From an uncultured Fibrobacterota bacterium (GTDB lineage: Bacteria > Fibrobacterota > Chitinivibrionia > Chitinivibrionales > FEN-1185): a DNA stretch of 31,964 nt. The position numbers and the translations under genes are program-made. Of this stretch, positions 1-6,702 are shown one piece after another; the stretch's first letter is position 1; each line of letters begins with the position of its first letter. The notes under the pieces are model-generated. The model worked only from the letters and a program-made list of their open reading frames with translations, was not told where the DNA came from and ran no database searches. Where the stretch lies: positions 1-31,964 of the forward strand of contig CAVSQB010000039.1 in NCBI GenBank assembly GCA_963729895.1, given 5' to 3'.

Positions 1-336
1 TGGTAATGGTTGCGCCGGAAACGATGTCTATCTGCGGCGACTGTTTCCTGATGATTTCCGCGGCCTTGGCATTCAGTTCTTTGAACATTTCCATTCTTCG
101 GTTGGTGTTCTCGATTCCCACAATTCTCCTGTCTTTGACCGTAACCCGGACATCGTACGTCCAGCGGCCCTTGTGGTATTTCCCGTTGTAAACGCCATCC
201 GCGACTCTTGCAAGGTCTACGTTGCCGATCACGAGTCTCCGGATTTCTCCCATGCCAAGGTTCAGGACGACAAACAGGATGACTGCAACGCCAAAAGGCC
301 GCCGATCCAACTCAGGACAATCCGGACCGTCTTCAT
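1..336 (-). pseudogene. FMN-binding (flavinylation-motif) membrane-anchored protein, runs off the window start; apparent 1-nt frameshift near 291
   Basis: Not in the ORF track; translated by hand. ATG at 336 preceded by GAAGGGGG gives MKTVRIVLSWIGGLL, then the frame shifts to GVAVILFVVLNLGMGEIRRLVIGNVDLARVADGVYNGKY...YDVRVTVKDRRIVGI...EIIRKQSPQIDIVSGATIT. DGxYxG, VxVTVKD and DxxSGAT are FMN_bind hallmarks. Confidence 0.75.
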
Positions 337-532
337 CAAAAATGCCCCCTTCGAAAAAATGCTAGTGACCGGAATTCCGGTTCATAGAATATCCTTTATG
401 CCGGCTGGCCGTGCAAAGTCCGGATGCCGTCCGACACCGCGAGGTGAATCAAGCAAATAACCCATTATTTGAGAACCTTTCCCCCGTATTCCTGCTCTAA
501 TAAGGTACGCGAGAAACGGACAAAGGAGATGT

Positions 533-2239
533 ATGTATTCCCCGCCTCCCGAAGACGATGATGATGAGGGAAAAATCCGGAGCAACGCAGAGTTCCTGGC
601 GGTTTTGGAGAATCGGGCGGACATTTTTTTCATCGAATCCGCCACCAGGCTGCACGCCGTTGAAGCTTTATCGCTGGTGATCGGCGTGATCTTCGGCATA
701 GTGCTGTGCACCATGCCCATGAGGAGGAATGTCGCTCCCGGCTTCTATCGGAATAGTCAGAAAGAGCGAATTGCGAGGCTCTGGCGCGGTCCGAATCAAT
801 TATTGACAAAAGGGATCTCCCCGAACGAAGAAATCGGCGCGGGGACTTCCCGTGGAACGCAATCCAAAACTGTTTCGATAACGGAGTATGCCAGGGCGAG
901 CCACAGAAGTGCTGTCCTCCCGACTCTTGCAAAGGTTCGAGGTGTACGGTCTCCGGTGGAAAGCACGGCCAAGGGAAACGACAGCCTCGCGCGCCGGGAG
1001 AATCCAAAAAAGACCGAAGATGAAACGAATCTCATAAGCTTCGGGAATGCAAACAAGACAAAGGGAAACCGCGCCGACGCGTTTGCGGCATTCAGGCGTG
1101 TACTCGGCAAGGATCCGCACAACACTGCCGCCCTTGCCGGCATCGGCGATTTGTTCCTTTACACCGGACTTCTTGACTCAGCGATAGACTTTTATAAAGC
1201 CGCCATTGCGGTGAACCCGCGCGTTGCAGCGTATCACGACGGGCTCGGCTCCGCACGTTATTATATTTCGACTTTTGGCGCCAACCCGCACTTTGCGGCG
1301 CGCAGGAAGATTGTCAATCCGGAACAATATGTCAAATCCCAGTACGACAGCGCAATAGCCGAATATACCAACGCAATTTCGCTCGACAGCTCCTGCGTTG
1401 ATGCGTTGACCAACCGCGGAGTCCTTCGCGACATCCGCGATGACTACCAGGGGGCGCTCAAAGACTATACCCTTGCCCTTAGAATCAATCCTTCGTGGGC
1501 CGACGCCTACGCCAAGAGAGCAGCGACGTACAAGACTTTAGGCGCCTACAAAGATGCCATCAACGACTATACCGCAGCAATCAAGCTCGACAGCAGCTCA
1601 TACACATTCGATCCCACTCTCCGTTTTGCAAATGCATACTTTGGCCGTGGTATTGTGTACTACAAGATGGGAGATCTTGAGAGGGCCATCACGGATTTCG
1701 ACAGTACCCTCATTCTTTCTCCCAACCATTCATTGGCGATTCTGAACAAAGCGATCACCCTCGGCGATGCAAGGCGGTACGACAGCGCCATTGTGTGGTA
1801 CACAAAGGCAATCGCCTTGCTGTCCCCGATGGAATATAACGGAGCCCAGGAGCATGCTTATTTCGGCAGGGGCCTGATGTACAATCTGACAAATCAAGTT
1901 GATTCGGCGCTTAAGGATTTCAATCAGGCACTACGGCTGAGGCCGGACGACCGTTACGCATACCTGCACCGGGGAAATGCCCTCATGATCCAAAAGAAAT
2001 ATGATGAGGCCATCGCTGATTACAAGAATGCATTGGTGTTCCCGCCGCTTGCGGCCAAGTCCTGTTGGCGGATTGCCGAATGTTTTTCACTCAAGCAGGA
2101 CAGGGAAGACGCTGTTGCCTGGCTTGGAAGGGCGGTGCAAAACGGATTCAAAGATTTTGCGGCCTGGAAACGGGACAAGTCACTTTCCATTTTGTGGAAC
2201 GACAAAGAATTTATGGCTCTCACCAAAGAAAACCGCTAG
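533..2239 (+). CDS. Tetratricopeptide-repeat protein with N-terminal transmembrane segment
   Basis: 568-aa ORF, AAAGGAG upstream of ATG, hydrophobic stretch LSLVIGVIFGIVLC, many TPR-like units (AYFGRGIVYYKMGDLERAITDFDSTLILSP; AYLHRGNALMIQKKYDEAIADY). Confidence 0.85.
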   Translation: MYSPPPEDDDDEGKIRSNAEFLAVLENRADIFFIESATRLHAVEALSLVIGVIFGIVLCTMPMRRNVAPGFYRNSQKERIARLWRGPNQLLTKGISPNEEIGAGTSRGTQSKTVSITEYARASHRSAVLPTLAKVRGVRSPVESTAKGNDSLARRENPKKTEDETNLISFGNANKTKGNRADAFAAFRRVLGKDPHNTAALAGIGDLFLYTGLLDSAIDFYKAAIAVNPRVAAYHDGLGSARYYISTFGANPHFAARRKIVNPEQYVKSQYDSAIAEYTNAISLDSSCVDALTNRGVLRDIRDDYQGALKDYTLALRINPSWADAYAKRAATYKTLGAYKDAINDYTAAIKLDSSSYTFDPTLRFANAYFGRGIVYYKMGDLERAITDFDSTLILSPNHSLAILNKAITLGDARRYDSAIVWYTKAIALLSPMEYNGAQEHAYFGRGLMYNLTNQVDSALKDFNQALRLRPDDRYAYLHRGNALMIQKKYDEAIADYKNALVFPPLAAKSCWRIAECFSLKQDREDAVAWLGRAVQNGFKDFAAWKRDKSLSILWNDKEFMALTKENR

Positions 2240-2263
2240 AAGGGCCAGGACGTCCGGTCATTG

Positions 2264-2815
2264 TCACTTCATCTGCTGTATCTCTTTGACGACGCCGTTG
2301 TAAAATTGGATCGGACCTCCGCTTGCTCCATCTATGGCAAGCGAAAAGCCGTCAGGTTTGTCGCTGAGTTTGCCAAGCCTTCCGATGAACTGTTTTCCAC
2401 TAGTAAGAGTGAGCCTGGATATCTTTCCATAGGCTTCATCCGGAACCTTGTCGGTTCCAATCACGAACGAAGTTGCTTTCCCATGTTGTGAATAGTAGTC
2501 CCACACAGCGGTTTGGGCGCCATATTGTTGAAAATAGAATGTCAGTTCGCCTTCCTTCATAGGACGCTGGACGTTGTCCCTAAAGGTTATTTTGCCGCTT
2601 GTGGGATTTCCCTCCGGGGAGAGCGAAAAGAGAAACTCCGATTCGATGTTTAGAGACGTGCCCGGATTGCTGACCGCCATCGAAGTAATGTGACCGCTGT
2701 TATCCACGGTGATCTTGAGCCCTTCAAACATCTCTTCGCCGGCAAAGGCAATGAGGGGAACGCCGGCCAGGATTGCAAGGACCGCCCCGATTCCGACAAT
2801 CGTTCTCGATGTCAT
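2264..2815 (-). CDS. Hypothetical exported protein (signal peptide-like N-terminus)
   Basis: 183-aa ORF, GGAGG upstream of the start, hydrophobic N-terminus ending in AFA; no family recognised. Confidence 0.7.
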   Translation of the reverse strand: MTSRTIVGIGAVLAILAGVPLIAFAGEEMFEGLKITVDNSGHITSMAVSNPGTSLNIESEFLFSLSPEGNPTSGKITFRDNVQRPMKEGELTFYFQQYGAQTAVWDYYSQHGKATSFVIGTDKVPDEAYGKISRLTLTSGKQFIGRLGKLSDKPDGFSLAIDGASGGPIQFYNGVVKEIQQMK

Positions 2816-2962
2816 ACTAACCTCCGTTTCAATTTAAAGATTGTGGGCAGCGCCGAAGGGGAATGTCCACCCCTTCAACACGGATTCTTATTTCTTATGT
2901 CTCTGGAAGATTCTCCGAATGAAAAATTGCCATTCATCATTCATGAGAATACGGCCTAGTGG

Positions 2963-3820
2963 CTATACCCCAATTACTTTCTCAGTCGAAATGGGAGTTT
3001 TCTCTTTGAATTGACCTCTGTATTCTTCAGGTGTTTTCCCCTTTAGTGATCCGTGTGGCCGTATCCGGTTGTAAATGTTCTTCCAATGTTCGATTATTCT
3101 TTCTGCGTCCTCTAATGAGATGAACCAGTTTTCATTCAAGCATTGGTCCCTGAATATCGAATTGAATGATTCTACAAAAGCATTCTGGCTGGGCTTGCCG
3201 GGCTGAATGAATTCCTGCCTTACCTGGTTTCGTATTGCCCAGAGCATGAGTTCTTTGCTCCGGAATTCCGGGCCGTTATCAGTCAACAGAGCTTCCGGCT
3301 TTCCGTACCTGGCCACCAGGTGGTCTAGAACTTGGCAGACTCCTAGTGCTGGAATAGAACGTGCTACCTTGATTGCAAGAGCCTCACGGGTGCAGTCATC
3401 GACAACATTCAGGCATTTCAGCTTGCGCTTGTCGGAAGTACTGTCGAATATGAAATCCATTGACCAGCGACGGCTTGGCCGATCCGGCAGCGTCAACGGC
3501 ATCCGTTGGCTATTGCGTTTCTGACGCCTCCTCCGCTTGCTTTTCTGAAGCGATTCTTCCTTGTAGAGCCGATGCACACGTTTGTGATTTACTATGTACC
3601 CAAGGTTGCGGAGATACCAATAAAGCGTCGGAAAGCCCCATGAACGGAACGATGAAATGGTTTCATGCATTTTTGTTTTCAACTCGCTGTTCAAAGCCGA
3701 TTCCTGCGGTCGATAGCGGTACCCTGCCGGTGTCATACCCAGAAGTCCGCATGCTTTCCGTTGACTCAGGCCTTGCCGCATTAGTGCGTCCACAGTCAGC
3801 CTACGCTGAGGACGCTTCAC
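2963..3820 (-). CDS. IS3-family transposase OrfB (DDE/rve integrase core)
   Basis: Motifs VNHKRVHRLY, RWSMDF, LTDNGPEF, PGKPSQNAFVESFN, YNRIRPHGSL. Confidence 0.95.
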   Translation of the reverse strand: MKRPQRRLTVDALMRQGLSQRKACGLLGMTPAGYRYRPQESALNSELKTKMHETISSFRSWGFPTLYWYLRNLGYIVNHKRVHRLYKEESLQKSKRRRRQKRNSQRMPLTLPDRPSRRWSMDFIFDSTSDKRKLKCLNVVDDCTREALAIKVARSIPALGVCQVLDHLVARYGKPEALLTDNGPEFRSKELMLWAIRNQVRQEFIQPGKPSQNAFVESFNSIFRDQCLNENWFISLEDAERIIEHWKNIYNRIRPHGSLKGKTPEEYRGQFKEKTPISTEKVIGV

Positions 3821-4083
3821 TATTTTCTTTGCAGCACTTCCTTCATTGCATCGATCTGAAGTGCCTGGTCTGCAACAATCCGCTTGAGCCGGCTGTTTTC
3901 GCCCTCGATCTCCTTCATCCTTTTCAGATCAGAGAGCTCAAGTCCGCTGTATTTGCTCTTCCAACGGAAGTACGTGTTCTCTGAAATACCATATTGACGA
4001 CAAAGATCAGCGACTTTGGCTCCGCGGTCGCCCTCTTGCAGGATCCGAAAAATCTGCTCTTCACTGTAGCGCTTGCCTTTCAT
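3820..4083 (-). CDS. IS3-family transposase OrfA (HTH)
   Basis: MKGKRYSEEQIFRIL...VADLCRQYGISENTYFRWKSKY...ENSRLKRIVAD; AGGAGG RBS; its stop overlaps the OrfB GTG (TAGTG). Confidence 0.95.
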   Translation of the reverse strand: MKGKRYSEEQIFRILQEGDRGAKVADLCRQYGISENTYFRWKSKYSGLELSDLKRMKEIEGENSRLKRIVADQALQIDAMKEVLQRK

Positions 4084-4274
4084 GAGTCCTCCTAGTTAGT
4101 TTAAAATAACTCGGAAAACTCCCTTCTCAAATGAGCAAGTTTTCGGGGGTATAGCCACATATTTTTCAATGTCTTGCGCAATTCGGTTAAAAAGCAAGAA
4201 TCAAAAATCTTCTTAAGAGATAATTATGGAGCACGAAATCAGCTCACCACCTCACCGAACGAAAGGAGACCGCA

Positions 4275-4466
4275 ATGGCTTTCCCGACAACAGTTATAAT
4301 AATTTCCCCCAACGGGGATTCACGTATCGAGGGAATAGAGAAGGAGGATTCCTGCTCGAAGTTATCCGAGCTCGCAAGGCAGGCGGGGAAAGTGGTCAAC
4401 GATGTCAATACGCCGATCTATAGGACCTTGACAGCGAAAGGCAAAAAGCGCATCCGGAAGCATTAG
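4275..4466 (+). CDS. Small protein, DUF2997-like
   Basis: Strong RBS AAAGGAG before ATG 4275. The pattern IIISPNGDSRIEG...SC...LA..AGKVV resembles DUF2997 from memory; family call is tentative. Confidence 0.5.
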   Translation: MAFPTTVIIISPNGDSRIEGIEKEDSCSKLSELARQAGKVVNDVNTPIYRTLTAKGKKRIRKH

Positions 4467-4608
4467 ACCCCCCAAAGGAACGATACGAGCAGATTCTTTG
4501 GTAGGGTTTATTCGCAAACTGTCAACCTCAAAAATGCTTAACTACTCGGGTCCGTTCCAGCGGGTGCGGCAGCGCCTATAGGTCAGTCTCAGAGCTCAAG
4601 GGTCCACT

Positions 4609-6285
4609 TCATGCTTTGGCCCCTCTCTTGTCAGGCGCCATAAGTGACATCCGCGTTGTTGCACCATTTTTGAATCTCACGGCATAGCATCGAATCGATT
4701 TGTCAGTCTCAGCCGGGACAGACCCCGACAGGGGCTTTTTTTTCAGGAATGCGAACAATCGGTCAACCGTGTCAGACCGGTTCGCCCCGCCCGCGAATAC
4801 AGCAATCTCGTCGACAATGTCACTGATGACGTTTCGTATTCGTGCCCGGAGTTCATGGTCATGCTTGATCCGGTCGTCCTCACCATATGCGTCGGCAACC
4901 GTTTTGACCATTTCATTGATGGTGCCTTGGGTTGTTTTCAGTCTTGTCAATTCCTCTTTCTTTTCCACGACTGATTTCGACAGGGCCTCTGTCTCGGCGG
5001 TCAGCTCCGTCATCAGGTCGTCATAGTTTTTTCGCAATTCCCTGTTGGCCGTATCTGCAAACTGACTCATTAATCGTCGGGTTCTGGCACGATTATCGGC
5101 AATCGTGGCTTCAGCCCCTGTGATTGATTTCTGCAAATCAGCAATATTCTTAGCAAGGGCCTGGGACGCCTTGTCATTGAAAAGCCGAGGAATATTGACT
5201 TCATCACGGCACAATCCGAGGAAGGACTCCTGAAATTCATCATAGCGTAGAGCTAGATATGGATGGACACCCTTTTTCGCCTCGGCACAGACCAGGTATT
5301 GGTGTTTACTCTTGTCAACATAATGCATAGATGCCCCGCAATAGCCGCAGCTCAAACGACCTGAAAACAAATTATGCACCATACCGTTGTGCTCCCGGGG
5401 CCCTTTCAAAGGTGACCGGCGGTGATTCTGTACATAGTGGAATACAGTGGGGTCAATCACGGTCGGAAAATAGCTTGGTATGGGATCACCGACCGGAACC
5501 CGTTTGTCGTTTTCCCGCCTGCGTGGCTGAAACTCCCCGATCAGAGCACGGTTATGCAAGATTATCGCTACGGACATTTGACTCCAAGTGCGTCCACAAA
5601 ATGCAGGAATTTTTCTCTTGTTTAGCTCTCTCGATATCCAGTCCTTCCCGTGCCCATCCGATGCAAAATCGAAAATCTGTTTGAGAACTTTCACCCGTTC
5701 CGGGATAGGGTAGAATTGTTCCTTCGCGTCATCATATCGTAACCAGGCGGGAATAACATGAGTCAACAACGCTTTATGATCATGGGTATTTTTTCGTTTC
5801 CGTGCCCAGGCGTCGGCAATTCGTTTGCTTTTGGTTTCGGATTCCTCGTTTGCTCTCCACATTATTGTCAGAGCTTCCATTAGAGACCAGGGGTCTTTTT
5901 TCAGAGTCTCTTGGGTATAGGTTCTGTCATTGCACAATGTGGCTATGTCGATCCCCAGTTTTAAGATTCGTCTGAATAGGTCAAGCGCATCATCAACATT
6001 TTCCCTGGACAGCCTGTCAAGGTTTTCAATGAGGAGGAGGGAACCGTGCGGAATGCGTCCGGCCTCGGCGGCTGCCAGAAATCTGCCCAAGGCTCCCACT
6101 TTGACGTTCTTGCCACGGAACGCTGATATTCCCTCATCATTCAGGTGCAAGGTGGTGTCTAAGTGAAGGCCGTGTGCTTTGCAATACGCCACTGCGCTGT
6201 CTGATTGACGGGCCTTGCTTGCCCCTTGGCTTTGCTCAGGTGTGGAAAATCGGAGGTAGCTGTAAGCGGTTCGGACAGTATCCAT
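4609..6285 (-). CDS. Large serine recombinase (YbcK-like): resolvase, recombinase, zinc-ribbon and coiled-coil domains
   Basis: AYSYLRFSTPEQ (catalytic Ser), DEGISAFRG, LLIENLDRLSR, RANEESETKS, LFSGRLSCGYCG...YLVC, then a long coiled coil; AAGGAG RBS. Confidence 0.93.
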   Translation of the reverse strand: MDTVRTAYSYLRFSTPEQSQGASKARQSDSAVAYCKAHGLHLDTTLHLNDEGISAFRGKNVKVGALGRFLAAAEAGRIPHGSLLLIENLDRLSRENVDDALDLFRRILKLGIDIATLCNDRTYTQETLKKDPWSLMEALTIMWRANEESETKSKRIADAWARKRKNTHDHKALLTHVIPAWLRYDDAKEQFYPIPERVKVLKQIFDFASDGHGKDWISRELNKRKIPAFCGRTWSQMSVAIILHNRALIGEFQPRRRENDKRVPVGDPIPSYFPTVIDPTVFHYVQNHRRSPLKGPREHNGMVHNLFSGRLSCGYCGASMHYVDKSKHQYLVCAEAKKGVHPYLALRYDEFQESFLGLCRDEVNIPRLFNDKASQALAKNIADLQKSITGAEATIADNRARTRRLMSQFADTANRELRKNYDDLMTELTAETEALSKSVVEKKEELTRLKTTQGTINEMVKTVADAYGEDDRIKHDHELRARIRNVISDIVDEIAVFAGGANRSDTVDRLFAFLKKKPLSGSVPAETDKSIRCYAVRFKNGATTRMSLMAPDKRGAKA

Positions 6286-6311
6286 AGGGGAAGACTCCTT
6301 TCATCCCCTAT

Positions 6312-6341
6312 ATTATACATAATTGGGTATAACGATTGCAA
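6312..6341 (-). promoter_or_regulatory. Putative sigma70 promoter of the recombinase (TTGCAA-N18-TATAAT)
   Basis: Minus strand reads TTGCAA tcgttatacccaattatg TATAAT about 27 nt upstream of the ATG; overlapped by the inverted repeat TTATAC-N8-GTATAA. Confidence 0.5.
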
Positions 6342-6490
6342 CATTGGGCTCGGCCTATGGCCTCTGTGCCGGGCCGCCCTATGCCTTCGGCCGGTTCGGC
6401 CGGCACCGCGCACTTGCGCGCCCGGCGGTCCGGCCTGGCGCTGGACAAAAGATAGTTGCCACAAGTGTCAGGTTCCGCCACGCAAGATGC

Positions 6491-6658
6491 AAATGCATGA
6501 AAACGCGTTTGCTTGTCAATGCGCAAACTGGAATCCTTTCCTCGGTCTTCACAACTGCACCTCATGGGTGCCCCACAGCAGGTGATTGGATTCTCGCCCA
6601 AACTTCCACTTTGGGGTCACCCGGCTCAGCAATCCAAATGCATCTAATGTGCGCCTAC
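6491..6658. repeat. Dispersed palindromic repeat, copy A
   Basis: Ungapped alignment to 10343-10510 with 35 mismatches in 168 nt by hand count; core GGGTGCCCCA...TGGGGTCACCC at 6566-6622. Confidence 0.85.
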
Positions 6659-6702
6659 CGCCTCTCATAGTTTAGAAGACCACGTTGTATTTTGATGCTC
6701 AC

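Larger units (their letters stand above)
2960..4157 (-). mobile_element. IS3-family insertion sequence (IS407-like), about 1.2 kb
   Basis: Imperfect terminal inverted repeats of about 44 bp (TGGCTATACCCC...GGGAGTTTTC from 2960; reverse complement ending at 4157), TG...CA ends, enclosing orfA and orfB. Confidence 0.92.

Noticed and set aside
4226..4423. Alternative 65-aa ORF overlapping 4275-4466
   Set aside because: No clear RBS or recognisable pattern; the 4275 ORF has a strong RBS and a family-like motif.
4559..4570. 12-nt match AGCGGGTGCGGC to 24001-24012
   Set aside because: Matches of this length are expected by chance in 32 kb and the flanks do not extend.
6545..6635. Repeat core as an integron attC site (stem with an unpaired base)
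   Set aside because: No paired RYYYAAC/GTTRRRY boxes, no tyrosine integron integrase in the window, and no one-gene-one-site cassette pattern.
6323..6670. Similar peptides encoded by ORFs 6323-6670 and 10292-10723 (possible small-protein family)
   Set aside because: Within the aligned 56 codons I count about 18 non-synonymous versus 8 synonymous changes, starts and stops are not shared, and conservation centres on the palindrome. A non-coding repeat fits better, though coding is not fully excluded.
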